From positions 3,749,437 through 3,813,436 of the forward strand of contig OX638340.1 of the NCBI GenBank assembly GCA_951812955.1: a stretch of 64,000 nt of DNA, in the 5' to 3' direction. Below the pieces are notes generated by a model that searched no databases, had not been told where the DNA came from, and saw only the letters and a list, made by a program, of their open reading frames with translations. Source of the DNA: an uncultured Gemmatimonadota bacterium (GTDB lineage Bacteria > JAAXHH01). The position numbers and the translations under genes were made by a program. Positions 19,109 to 28,812 of this stretch are shown here, piece after piece; position 1 is the first letter of the stretch; each line of letters starts with the position of its first letter.

Positions 19109-20755
19109 CACAAACGTATCTCATTCCTGGTATTACTTGCCGTTACCCTGATCGGCACAGTCCTTGTCTCCCCTACCATCAGGCTGTGGTTTTCTTCTCC
19201 CGAATCCATCGAAAGGCTTACGCCCGATGAAAGGAAAACGCTCTACGGCCAGTCCACGGTACCCGGTATCGACCTGGCGGGCGGATATAGGCTGACCGCC
19301 GGTCTGGATGTATCCCGTTTCACGGAAAGAGGCAGGATGAGGGCGGTGGAAAGCCTGGTCGAAAACTGGCGCTTGCGCCTCAATGCATTCGGGATTTCCG
19401 AACCGGTCATCACCGCGCGGGGAAACGACGCTTTCGATATCGTCGTTCCCGTCAGTGTGGATACCGGGCTCGCAGCCAGAATGATTCAGGAATCCGGGGC
19501 GATCACGCTGCATCTGTTCAAAGATGGCGCGGAAGTGCAGGCCTTGAGGCAGCGTGTAGACGATGCCGTTCGTGAACGGGACCGGGACGCAACATCCGGG
19601 ACTGACGCGCAGGAGCCGGCCGGAACAGGTGGATCGGCATCGGACGGACCCGGTGGGCTCAGCGCGTTGCTTGCGCGTATTACGGTGGAGGACGGAATCG
19701 GAGACATCGCGGTCAGGGAGGACAACCTGGATGCCGTAAAGGCCATGCTGGCCGATTCCACGGTACTGGCCAGCATACGGGCCTTCAACCTGGCAAATCC
19801 TCCCGCCGGCGCCTTCGCGTGGGCATCAGAACCGGTGGAACGCGGCGGCAGCGTGTACCATCCGCTCTATTTCATCAACCAGGACGTGGATCTTAACGCC
19901 CAGCCCGTCGCTTCGGCCGTAGTCAGCGACGCTTCGGTAACGGCGGACCGGGGCGCTTACGCGGTACGCCTTTTCCTGCAGGACGAGGGCAGGGAGAGTC
20001 TGGCCAACCTCTCCAGTGCCAACGCGGGAAACCGCCTGGCCATCAAGATGAATGGACAGGTGTACGTGACGCTGAGTATTCAGGGCAGAATACCCGACGG
20101 ACGGATAGAGGTTCCCGGCGGCGATACCCTTGAAAAGGCACGCGCCCTGGCGGCCATCCTGGAATCCGAAGCGCCTCCCGTGGCCGTCGCGCTCCTGGAT
20201 CAGGCGGGAGTGGATATGCCCTCACCGTACGGAGACGGGATCGTGGACAGCGCATTCGGCGCCGCCGTGATTGGCATTGGATTGCTCGGCGCCTTGTTCG
20301 TGATCCGGTACCGGGCAGCCGGCTTGCTATTCATTGCGGGGATCCCGTACTTTCTGATCATGACCGGAGCGATGCTGAGGCTGTGGAACATCGCCGGAAT
20401 CGCGCCGTACTTCACGCTCGCCGGCGTGGTTGGATTACTCGCCGCGTTGCTTGTTTTCACCAGCGTGCATATCTGGATATTCGAGTACCTTCGGGCGGAA
20501 ATCGGAACGGAGACTAAGGTCCGCCAGGACGTCATGACTACGCTCGAGAAGATCACGCCTGTCCTGGTCTGGACCCATGTCATGCTGCTGCTCGTCTCCG
20601 TGTGCCTGGTCGTGGTAGGCACCGACAGTGTCGTCAATTTCGGTCTCGTGTTGTTTTCCGGTGCGGCCGGCAGCCTGCTGACCTCGATCCTCTGGACGAA
20701 CATGCTTCTGTCCTCCCTGGTGGCGGACTGGCAGATCAGAAAGTTGAGTATATGA
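19109..20755 (+). CDS. secD: Protein translocase subunit SecD (5' end unresolved)
   Basis: Track ORF starts at ATG 19337. The N-terminal signal-anchor HKRISFLVLLAVTLIGTVLV is encoded in-frame upstream with no ATG/GTG/TTG. Periplasmic SecD domain and C-terminal transmembrane bundle follow. 4-bp overlap with secF. Confidence 0.75.
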   Translation, partial: HKRISFLVLLAVTLIGTVLVSPTIRLWFSSPESIERLTPDERKTLYGQSTVPGIDLAGGYRLTAGLDVSRFTERGRMRAVESLVENWRLRLNAFGISEPVITARGNDAFDIVVPVSVDTGLAARMIQESGAITLHLFKDGAEVQALRQRVDDAVRERDRDATSGTDAQEPAGTGGSASDGPGGLSALLARITVEDGIGDIAVREDNLDAVKAMLADSTVLASIRAFNLANPPAGAFAWASEPVERGGSVYHPLYFINQDVDLNAQPVASAVVSDASVTADRGAYAVRLFLQDEGRESLANLSSANAGNRLAIKMNGQVYVTLSIQGRIPDGRIEVPGGDTLEKARALAAILESEAPPVAVALLDQAGVDMPSPYGDGIVDSAFGAAVIGIGLLGALFVIRYRAAGLLFIAGIPYFLIMTGAMLRLWNIAGIAPYFTLAGVVGLLAALLVFTSVHIWIFEYLRAEIGTETKVRQDVMTTLEKITPVLVWTHVMLLLVSVCLVVVGTDSVVNFGLVLFSGAAGSLLTSILWTNMLLSSLVADWQIRKLSI

Positions 20756-21603
20756 TGGAAAAGGGCCTCACCGCATTGTACGAAAAACTGATCGACCGCC
20801 CCGGGGTTGCCTACGCATTCGTCGTCATACTGGCCGTGTTGGGAATCGCAGCAACGGCTATGAAGAGGGAACACGCGGTCGACGAGGGCGTGGTGGCCTT
20901 GCTGCTGTCCGGCGACCTGCTCTACGGCCTGTTCGTGACCATGCTGATCGTGCTGGTCATCGTGGGCACCCGGATAGACGACCGGCCGGGTAAGAGCATC
21001 GCGGTGTCCCTGGGCGTATTGGCGGCGGGAAGCATCGTGCGTTTACTGCTCCCGTTTGCCCGATCGATCGACTGGTTGGGAGAATGGAACGGGGTCATGC
21101 TAGGCATCATGATTATCACCCTTTACCTGGCGTTTCGCATAGGCGCCCGATTCGCCGTGACGGCGATGGGTTGCGCGCTATACGTCATGTTCGTCACGGC
21201 GGGAATCACCTTTGGACTGTTGGATAGAATTACGGTTTCGGGCATACTGGCGCTGATGGCCGTCGGAACGCTGGCGGTGGTGATGACCTTCCTGGGCTAC
21301 AGTCAGGTCAGAAACCAGATAGAAACCGCGCGGCGTGACCCGGCCGGCCATTCCGTGCGTACCGGCATGTCGCGGGCCCTGCCCTTTCTGATCATGGCCG
21401 GCCTGGCCGTCCTGGTGGTCGCCGCTCCGCTGGCCATCGCCGCCGACGGTCCCCCGCGTGATTTCGGCCTCCTGCTGATGATCGGTGGTCCGGTAGGCGC
21501 CTGTGCGGCCCTGATGTCGGCGGTGCCTCTCGTATCCATGATGCAGAACGTACGGTTCGAGGTCGGGACGCCCCCCCGGCGCGGTGGACGCCGTCAGCGA
21601 TAA
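20752..21603 (+). CDS. secF: Protein translocase subunit SecF
   Basis: MMEKGLTALYEKLIDRP then six transmembrane segments. ATGA overlap with the secD stop. Confidence 0.8.
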   Translation: MMEKGLTALYEKLIDRPGVAYAFVVILAVLGIAATAMKREHAVDEGVVALLLSGDLLYGLFVTMLIVLVIVGTRIDDRPGKSIAVSLGVLAAGSIVRLLLPFARSIDWLGEWNGVMLGIMIITLYLAFRIGARFAVTAMGCALYVMFVTAGITFGLLDRITVSGILALMAVGTLAVVMTFLGYSQVRNQIETARRDPAGHSVRTGMSRALPFLIMAGLAVLVVAAPLAIAADGPPRDFGLLLMIGGPVGACAALMSAVPLVSMMQNVRFEVGTPPRRGGRRQR

Positions 21604-21760
21604 GCGCCTGCCCAGCAGTGGTAAGTGCCCGCCGGCAACGGTGAGTGTCCTCCGGTAGCGGTAAGCGCCCGCCGGTAGCGGTAAGCGCCCGCCGGTAGCG
21701 GTAAGCGCCCGCCGGTAGTGGCAGTCTCCTGCCGGCAACGGTAAGTGCCCACCGCGGAAC
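21601..21760. repeat. Degenerate tandem repeat array, about 20-21 bp unit x7-8 (consensus gYgcccgccggYaRcggtaa) in the secF-sulfatase intergenic region
   Basis: Read directly; three central units are identical (gcgcccgccggtagcggtaa), outer units diverge. No spacers. Confidence 0.75.
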
Positions 21761-21761
21761 C

Positions 21762-23297
21762 ATGGCGCAGGCAGCCTGGAGTACCATGGCCGATCAACCC
21801 AACATCCTCCTGATCCTGTCCGACCAGATGGTTGCCGCGCTGACCGGAACCTATGGACATCCCGTCGTCCGGACCCCTAACCTGGACAGACTGGCGGCAA
21901 CCGGCGTGCGCTACGATGCCGCCTACACCGCCTTTCCGCTCTGCGCGCCCGGCAGGGCCTGCCTGATGACGGGAAGGCATGCTTCGGAAATCGGCGCCTG
22001 GGACAACGGCGCACTGCTGTCTGCGGACGAACCTACCTTTGCCCACTACCTGGCTCGTGCGGGTTACGATACCGTGCTGTCGGGCAAGATGCATTTTATC
22101 GGCCCGGACCAACTGCACGGATTCAGAAAGCGGCTGACCACCGACATATATTCCTCCGATTTCGATTGGGTAAAGCCGGAATGGATCCGCCTGAAAGAAA
22201 CCAGAGGGACGGACTTCGAGCAGGTCATGAGCAACCGACCGGCCTATAACGCGGCGGGGTACACGGGCGACGGTGTGCGGATCGACGCCTGGCACGACGC
22301 TTTGAGTTACGACGAGGAAACCCATTTCCGCGCTATTGAATACCTGCGGGCCAGGAACTCCGGCGGGGAGGACGGCCCCTTTCTGCTCTGCGCGTCCTAT
22401 CACCATCCGCACGAACCGTTCTGGCCGCCCGATGCCTACTGGAAACAGTATGAAGGGGCGGACATCGACCTGCCCGTCTTTCCTGCCGACCTGGATGATC
22501 ACCATTCCATGATGGACCTGAACCTCAACGCCTATCACGGTACCGGGTGTTACGATCTGCGGAACGAAGAGGGCCTCTACCGGCTTCGCCGCGCCTATTA
22601 CGCCCTGGTGAGCTACATGGACGACAAGGTCGGTGGCCTGCTGGACGCGCTCGACGAAACCGGACTGGCTGAAAATACGGTGGTAGTCTTCGCCAGCGAT
22701 CATGGCGACATGCTGTGCGAGCGGGGCATGGTTCAGAAACGCTGTTTCTACGAATGGTCCTGCCGGGTGCCCCTCATCGTTCGCTTTCCGGATGGATGGA
22801 GGGCGGGTACGACCTTTCCCGATCCCGTGTCGCTGATCGATCTTCTGCCTACGTTCTGCGATCTCGCGGGCGTTGAGGACCGGCTTCCCCACGACGGCCA
22901 AAGTCTCGTGTCAGCGGCCGCGGACGACGGGGACCGCGTGGTGTTCGCCCAGGCGCACGAGGCCGTGGGCATGCCCTGCATCATGGCGAGGCAGGGTCGG
23001 TACAAGTACCATTACATACACGGTTTCGCCCCTCGGCTTTTTGATCTGGACAACGATCCGGACGAATGGCATAATCTCTCGGGCGAGCACGCCGAGGACG
23101 AACACCGCCAGGTGGAAGCGCGTCTGCTCGGCCGGATCCTCGACCGGTTCGACCCGGATGCCATTGCGGAGGAAAACCTGGACAGCCTTTACCGGCGGCG
23201 CCTGATCCGGGATACCATGTCGCGGTACGGACACACGTGGAGTCATGAGCCCGGTTTAGACCACCGGAAGGGCGCCATGAAACAGTATTTGAGCTAG
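21762..23297 (+). CDS. Formylglycine-dependent sulfatase (choline-sulfatase/arylsulfatase family)
   Basis: N-terminal PNILLILSDQ, CxPxR motif LCAPGRACLMTGRH, about 505 aa. Start 21762 or Met at 21786. Confidence 0.85.
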   Translation: MAQAAWSTMADQPNILLILSDQMVAALTGTYGHPVVRTPNLDRLAATGVRYDAAYTAFPLCAPGRACLMTGRHASEIGAWDNGALLSADEPTFAHYLARAGYDTVLSGKMHFIGPDQLHGFRKRLTTDIYSSDFDWVKPEWIRLKETRGTDFEQVMSNRPAYNAAGYTGDGVRIDAWHDALSYDEETHFRAIEYLRARNSGGEDGPFLLCASYHHPHEPFWPPDAYWKQYEGADIDLPVFPADLDDHHSMMDLNLNAYHGTGCYDLRNEEGLYRLRRAYYALVSYMDDKVGGLLDALDETGLAENTVVVFASDHGDMLCERGMVQKRCFYEWSCRVPLIVRFPDGWRAGTTFPDPVSLIDLLPTFCDLAGVEDRLPHDGQSLVSAAADDGDRVVFAQAHEAVGMPCIMARQGRYKYHYIHGFAPRLFDLDNDPDEWHNLSGEHAEDEHRQVEARLLGRILDRFDPDAIAEENLDSLYRRRLIRDTMSRYGHTWSHEPGLDHRKGAMKQYLS

Positions 23298-23386
23298 AAG
23301 GGCGGGTCGAAGCGGTCCGACTTCTCGATTCGCGGATACGAATTCCTGCCTGAGAAGGCTCGCAGGCATCCAACTGGGGGTTGTTC

Positions 23387-24340
23387 ATGTTGCGCGCAGG
23401 ATTCATCGGCGCCGGGGGCCGTTCCCAGAGCGCCCACTACCCGGCGGTCGAGCGGTTGCCGGACGTCGAAATGACCGCCGTGTGCGAACTGGACGAGACG
23501 CGCCTGGCGCAGGTTACCGAACGCTACGACTTTCCGCACGTGTACACGGACCATCGCGCCATGCTCTCGGAAGTGGAACTGGACGTGATCTACTGCGTCA
23601 TGCATGAAAAATGGCTGCTCCAGCCCGCCCTCGACTGCCTTCGCGCGGGCAAGCATATTTTCATGGAAAAACCTCCCGGCGCGAACAGCGGGGAGACGAG
23701 GCAGTTGATGGACGCCGCCGTGGAACACGACGTGTACGCCATGGTGGGATATCAACGACGTTTTACCACGGTCGTCCGTGAAGCCATGCGGCGCATACGG
23801 GAAAGAGGTCCGGTCTCCCATGCCGTGACCACCTTCAACAAGAAACTGCTTTACGACAAGCAACCGTACTCGACGACCCTGTGGGACGACGTGACCCATG
23901 TGGTGGACCTGCTGCGGTACATGGTGGGCAGCGAACCCGTCGAAGTGACCCGTTACCGGGACAAGTTTGAATCGGTCGCCTGGAATCACTACACGGCGCT
24001 GGTCCGTTTCGCCAGCGGCGCCACGGGCGTGGTATTCGGAAACCGCGCCTCCGGCGGCCGGGTGCTGAGCGCCGAACTGCACGGCGTGGGCATCGGCTGC
24101 TACATGAAGCTGCCCGAGGAAATCGACATCCGCGAGGACGATCGCCAGACTGTCCTGCAGGGCTGGGAGATCAACGGCGATGACGCGGAAGATTCGCCCC
24201 GTTACGAGGGAGCGCTCGCCATGCACGAGCACTTCGTGGATTCCGTGCGCAACCAGACCATCCCCGTCAGCGATCTTCGTGACGTCATACATACCATCCG
24301 TCTCGTGGACTGGATCGAATCGGGGTATCGTCCCGACTAG
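23387..24340 (+). CDS. Gfo/Idh/MocA family NAD(P)-dependent oxidoreductase
   Basis: N-terminal Rossmann GFIGAGG, EKP motif (FMEKPPG), C-terminal GFOR alpha/beta domain. Confidence 0.8.
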   Translation: MLRAGFIGAGGRSQSAHYPAVERLPDVEMTAVCELDETRLAQVTERYDFPHVYTDHRAMLSEVELDVIYCVMHEKWLLQPALDCLRAGKHIFMEKPPGANSGETRQLMDAAVEHDVYAMVGYQRRFTTVVREAMRRIRERGPVSHAVTTFNKKLLYDKQPYSTTLWDDVTHVVDLLRYMVGSEPVEVTRYRDKFESVAWNHYTALVRFASGATGVVFGNRASGGRVLSAELHGVGIGCYMKLPEEIDIREDDRQTVLQGWEINGDDAEDSPRYEGALAMHEHFVDSVRNQTIPVSDLRDVIHTIRLVDWIESGYRPD

Positions 24341-24386
24341 GGCGGCGTAGAATAGCGCGGCTATCCAGTCCAATCAATGCCGACGC

Positions 24387-24451
24387 AAATGGCCTCAGCA
24401 GCGCACTGGCAATGGCCGCGGCAGCGCACCGAAAATGGCCGCGGCGCCCGG
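24387..24451. repeat. Three degenerate tandem copies of a ~22-bp unit (aaatggccKcRgcagcgcac)
   Basis: Read in the intergenic region upstream of the HsdR_N-like gene. Confidence 0.55.
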
Positions 24452-24470
24452 TCACCAGACCCTTCGCATC

Positions 24471-24929
24471 ATGCAACGGCTCAATTTTCCGGATTACGCA
24501 TTTGAAATCGAATCGGACGACGCGGGCCGCAGCGTCATTTTCGACGGGGTCCGGCGCAGGTTCGTTCGCCTGACACCCGAAGAATGGGTCAGGCAGCACC
24601 TGGTGCGCTACCTGGTCGAGGACCGGGGCTTCCCGGCAGGCTGGGCGGCCGTGGAAAAAGGCTTCCAGTACGCCGGCACAGCCGTTCGCGCCGACGTGAT
24701 CATGCACGATCGGGACGGCCGGCCGGTCCTGATGGGAGAATGCAAGGCGCCTGAGGTTCGCATGACCGAAGCCGTCTTCGAGCAACTGGCCCGGTACAAT
24801 TCGGTCATCAACGCCCGGTACCTGGTGGCCACCAACGGCAAGACGCACTTCTGTTGCGAACACGAGGCCGGCGGCGGATACCGCTATCTTACGGAACTGC
24901 CCCGCTTCGAGAGTGCTAGAGGAGTCTGA
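24471..24929 (+). CDS. Stand-alone type I restriction enzyme HsdR N-terminal-domain (PD-(D/E)xK-like) protein
   Basis: About 150 aa with IESDDAGRS...RADVIMHDRDGRPVLMGECKAP resembling HSDR_N family proteins. Confidence 0.45.
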   Translation: MQRLNFPDYAFEIESDDAGRSVIFDGVRRRFVRLTPEEWVRQHLVRYLVEDRGFPAGWAAVEKGFQYAGTAVRADVIMHDRDGRPVLMGECKAPEVRMTEAVFEQLARYNSVINARYLVATNGKTHFCCEHEAGGGYRYLTELPRFESARGV

Positions 24930-24931
24930 TC

Positions 24932-25735
24932 GTGGCGGAAGGACTGATACTCGCGGCCCGAGGATCGTTGGAACAGCGGGTCGAAGCCCTGGAACAGGAG
25001 GGTTATGTCTTCTTCCCCGGTGTACTCTCCGGAGAAGAGGTCGCCGAACTGCGATGCGCCATCGACCGGCTTGAAGCCCGTCCCGAAGAATACGACCGGC
25101 ATACAAACCCCGAGACCCACGGGTTTCTGAACAAGTCCATCAACAATGTATTCAATCGCGACTCCGTATTCCTGTCCTTCCTGGACCGTCCGGACGTCAT
25201 AGACGTGGTCGAAGCCGCCCATGGACCGGACTGTCACGTCATCGGCATGACGGCGTGGATGACGGGCCCCGGCCGGCCGGACCAGGGCATCCACGTGGAC
25301 TGGCAGCCGCTGGAACTGCCCGAAGACGTCATGGACGATCCGCGAGTCGAGGTGCCCGTTTACATCTCCACGGTTCACTATTACCTGGACGATCTCTACG
25401 AGGCCCTGGGACCCACCCAGTTCATTCCAGGCAGCCATCGGGCCGGCCGCGTACCCGCCACCGGGGAATCCGCCTGGCGCGGAGTCGAACCCCGCAGCAT
25501 CATCTGCTCGGCCGGAGACGCCGTCCTGTTTCGCTGCGAGGTCTGGCACCGCGGGACGGCTAACACGAGCGACCGGGTGCGCTACCTGCTCCAGGTCCAC
25601 TACGCACAGCGCATGATCACGCAGAAGTTCCCGCCCTACCTGAACCGGTTCCGGTTCGACCCGGTCATCCTGTCCCGCGCCACGGACCGCCAGCGCCGGC
25701 TGTTGGGCGAGCACGTGCAGGGCAATTACGACTGA
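24932..25735 (+). CDS. Phytanoyl-CoA dioxygenase (PhyH) family Fe(II)/2-oxoglutarate oxygenase
   Basis: HxD (GIHVDWQ) ... distal His (VWHRGTAN) in double-stranded beta-helix layout. GTG start. Confidence 0.7.
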   Translation: MAEGLILAARGSLEQRVEALEQEGYVFFPGVLSGEEVAELRCAIDRLEARPEEYDRHTNPETHGFLNKSINNVFNRDSVFLSFLDRPDVIDVVEAAHGPDCHVIGMTAWMTGPGRPDQGIHVDWQPLELPEDVMDDPRVEVPVYISTVHYYLDDLYEALGPTQFIPGSHRAGRVPATGESAWRGVEPRSIICSAGDAVLFRCEVWHRGTANTSDRVRYLLQVHYAQRMITQKFPPYLNRFRFDPVILSRATDRQRRLLGEHVQGNYD

Positions 25736-25764
25736 TCCACGACATTCATTCAGGAGGAACCCAG

Positions 25765-26751
25765 ATGAAATTCATCAGATTCAGCGTCGTTTTCCTGTTC
25801 ACAGCCGTTTTCGTTCTCCAGGCCGCCGCACAGACGCGAGAGCAGGGACCTTGGTGGCCCCATCCCATCTGGGGCAAGGACGACCAGTCGGGCGGCTCCA
25901 ACTGGATAACGCCCGAAAAAGTGCTGAAGGCCCTGACCCTGGTCAAGACGGGCCAGATCTACGAAATCGGCCAGGTGTACAGCGCGGACATGCCTCTCTT
26001 CGGCGACCGGACCTATTCCATGGTAATGCCGGGGTCTCCCACGGGCGAACCCATGGGCGATAACAACCTGGTCTATTACGACGAGTTCCTGGTGGCCGAA
26101 ATCGGCCAGGTCGGCACGCAGTTCGACGGACCGGGCCACATCGGCGAGCGGATCACGATGGCGGACGGAACGGAAAAGGACGTTTTCTACAACGGATTCA
26201 CCAATGAGGAGATCAAGGGACCCTACGGACTCGCAAAGCTGGGCATCGAGCACATCGGACCCTTCATCACCCGGGGCATCCTGGTCGACGTGGCCGCGTT
26301 CAAGGGCGTTGAATCCCTCGACCACGGTTACGAGGTCACGGTGGCGGACGTCGAAGACGCGCTGCAGCGCCAGGGCATTGCGATGGAAAGTCTGGAGCCG
26401 GGAGACGCCTATTTCTTCCGTTACGGCTGGGCGCGGCACTGGAACGACCACGACAAGTACAACACCGATCCCCCGGGCATCGGCATGGAAGTCGCCCGGT
26501 GGGTGGTCGAGAAGCAGGCTTCGATGATCGGTTCGGACCAGTGGACGACCGAGGTGGTGCCCAATCCGGATGCCGGCCAGGCCTTTCCGGTCCACCAGGA
26601 ACTCATCACCCGGAACGGCGTATGGAACCTCGAGAACATGAACCTGGACGAACTTTCGGGCGACGGCGTCTACGAGTTCCTCTTCATTCACACGCCCATT
26701 CGATTCAAGGGTGCGACGGGTTCGCCCGCCCGCCCGATCGCCATCAGGTAA
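25765..26751 (+). CDS. Secreted cyclase-family protein (kynurenine formamidase-like)
   Basis: Signal peptide, then QSGGSNW...GTQFDGPGH cyclase/arylformamidase-like motifs. Confidence 0.6.
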   Translation: MKFIRFSVVFLFTAVFVLQAAAQTREQGPWWPHPIWGKDDQSGGSNWITPEKVLKALTLVKTGQIYEIGQVYSADMPLFGDRTYSMVMPGSPTGEPMGDNNLVYYDEFLVAEIGQVGTQFDGPGHIGERITMADGTEKDVFYNGFTNEEIKGPYGLAKLGIEHIGPFITRGILVDVAAFKGVESLDHGYEVTVADVEDALQRQGIAMESLEPGDAYFFRYGWARHWNDHDKYNTDPPGIGMEVARWVVEKQASMIGSDQWTTEVVPNPDAGQAFPVHQELITRNGVWNLENMNLDELSGDGVYEFLFIHTPIRFKGATGSPARPIAIR

Positions 26752-26778
26752 TAACCACGCCGACGAAAGGAGCGGAAC

Positions 26779-27555
26779 GTGACAGCATTCGAAGGAAAAG
26801 TGGTCATCGTGACAGGGGGCGCCAAAGGTATTGGCGGCGGCATCGTCCGCGCCTTCGCCGGTGAGGGGGCGCACGTCCTTTGCGCCGATATAGACGACGA
26901 TGCAGGTGCGGAGATCGTCGCATCCAGCGACCGGATCCGCTACGTCCACGCCGACGTGACCACGAGCGAAGTATGCCGTTTCCTGGTGGAGACCGCGATG
27001 GAAGCCTGGGGAGGCGTCGATATACTCTGCAACAACGTGGGGATACAGCCGACGTCGAGCTATCTGCCCGCTCACGAAATGTCCGAAGAGCAGTGGGACC
27101 GGATCATAAATGTCAACCTGAAGAGCCGATTCCTGATGGTCAAATACTGCGTTCCCGTGATGAAACAACGCGGGGGCGGCGTGATCATCAACACGGCGAG
27201 CGTTCAGGGACTGCAGTCGGCGAAGGGTATATCAGCCTACGCGGCGAGCAAGGGGGGCGACCTGTCACTGGTGCGTCAACTTGCCTTGGATTACGCCGAG
27301 GACAATATCCGCGTGGTGGCGGTCAACCCGGGCACCATCGAAACGCCCCTCCTGCAGGAGGCCATCGATTCGATCGGCGGCGCCGAGGACGAAATCCGGA
27401 CAGATATGGCTTCCCGGCACGCCGTGAACCGGCTCGGCAGTCCGGAGGATATTGCCAATGCCGTGCTGTTCCTGGCCAGTGACCGGGCCTCCTTCATCAC
27501 GGGTGAATACGTGAACGTGGACGGGGGACTGATGGCTCGGGGGGCGTGGGCCTAG
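26779..27555 (+). CDS. Short-chain dehydrogenase/reductase (SDR)
   Basis: TGGAKGIGGG cofactor motif, YAASK catalytic motif. GTG start. Its 3' end is duplicated at 29105-29174. Confidence 0.85.
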   Translation: MTAFEGKVVIVTGGAKGIGGGIVRAFAGEGAHVLCADIDDDAGAEIVASSDRIRYVHADVTTSEVCRFLVETAMEAWGGVDILCNNVGIQPTSSYLPAHEMSEEQWDRIINVNLKSRFLMVKYCVPVMKQRGGGVIINTASVQGLQSAKGISAYAASKGGDLSLVRQLALDYAEDNIRVVAVNPGTIETPLLQEAIDSIGGAEDEIRTDMASRHAVNRLGSPEDIANAVLFLASDRASFITGEYVNVDGGLMARGAWA

Positions 27556-27556
27556 G
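27492..27556 (+). repeat. Left copy of ~65-70 bp imperfect direct repeat (3' end of SDR gene)
   Basis: cttcatcacgggtgaatacgtgaacgtggacggggg...gtgggcctagg matches 29105-29174 with a few mismatches and one indel. Confidence 0.7.
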
Positions 27557-27954
27557 GGGGTGTAACAAAGCTACTGCGGTACATGCTGCTATAGGAGCAT
27601 TACAAGAAAACTCGACGTGAAGCCGGCACATTCCCCATTCTTGGATCACGTTTGTTTTTTTCATTCGAGAAACCCGCAGTGATTCCGACTGAGGAAGAAA
27701 CCGGTTCAGATGCGGATAGGAAATCGCAATCCGAGCGCTGTGAAAGTTTCGTCAGTACGATGAATACATTTTAGCGTAGGAAAGTTAGGATATGAGCGTC
27801 GAGTTGATCGGGATAATCAGTATGGGCGTTGCCCTGGCTGGACTTATTCTGGCGTCTAGGCGGGATATCAATCTCCGTCCTGTATCCCTGGAACAGGGCA
27901 GGCAGACCTGAGAGAGCGTATGGCAAGACTGGATGAGATGCTGGAAGGACGATT

Positions 27955-28812
27955 CTACACAACACGTTGATCAGCTCGTAATTGTCTTTTTGCAGCGATG
28001 CGTTTGCGCCTGAGCATCCCAGCCCAATACTGAATCCCGCTATCCTTAGATTCCCTTGCACACCTCCGCACTGCAGCACGAAGCACTTTATTATTCTTAA
28101 GGTTTTCGATGACTTCTAGTCGTGGGCGAACGGGTCCACGACTTAACCACTCCGCTGCGTCCCACGCCGGGTCAAGTTTGCTCTCGGCCGATATTGCTTT
28201 TCTAGCCTCTTCCTCGATTCGGTGGTTTATGTCTTTTGGGGTCCAACTGAATATGAGCGACAATAGAGCACGTATAATCTCACGATAGACATAGCCAATC
28301 ATTGGTTCGGCAGTGTTGTTACGACCCTCGATACTTTCGTACCTTTTTGCTACAAAGACTTCGGCTTTGCCATGTTCCTTAAAATAGTCAACAATATTTG
28401 TGTTGGGCTGGATGGACGTGACGCTTTCCAGATATTGGATGGTGCTGTCGAAACATCGCTCCAGTTCATTAAATGCCGTTATGTTGTGCTTTTGAACATC
28501 CGCCAACAGTAGATGTAGTTTGTGCCCACGAGAACGAACCTGATTCTCTGACAGGCCGCCGTCTATCAGAATCGCCTTTAGGCCCTTCTCGATTGCTTCG
28601 TGAGCATTCTTGGTGTCCGCCCTGATCCTTGCCTTTGAGTATGCTGTGGAGAGTAGTCCAATCTGAAGGAGTCTTTTGAAGAATTCATCTTCAGATTGTG
28701 CATCTAAGTTTGCTGCATCAGTCAGGCGACTATGGATATCGCGCGACGGTCTATCCAGTTCATCGAGGGCATACCTTAGGTCTGCCCATACGTCTTCCTT
28801 TTTTAACGACAT
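27955..28812 (-). CDS. Hypothetical protein with HEPN-like Rx4-6H motif (possible RNase toxin/Abi-like effector)
   Basis: 285 aa, alpha-helical, motif ...AIEKGLKAILIDGG...NQVRSRGHKLHLLLADV... (R-x4/6-H). Basic C-terminal tail. No obvious recombinase motifs. Confidence 0.4.
   Translation of the reverse strand: MSLKKEDVWADLRYALDELDRPSRDIHSRLTDAANLDAQSEDEFFKRLLQIGLLSTAYSKARIRADTKNAHEAIEKGLKAILIDGGLSENQVRSRGHKLHLLLADVQKHNITAFNELERCFDSTIQYLESVTSIQPNTNIVDYFKEHGKAEVFVAKRYESIEGRNNTAEPMIGYVYREIIRALLSLIFSWTPKDINHRIEEEARKAISAESKLDPAWDAAEWLSRGPVRPRLEVIENLKNNKVLRAAVRRCARESKDSGIQYWAGMLRRKRIAAKRQLRADQRVV

Noticed and set aside
21601-21760. Possible CRISPR array
   Set aside because: Repeats are contiguous with no unique spacers and units are degenerate; no cas genes nearby.
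27556-27790. tRNA gene as integration target flanking the islet
   Set aside because: No T-loop/acceptor-stem pattern found. The duplicated segment is protein-coding (SDR 3' end) instead.
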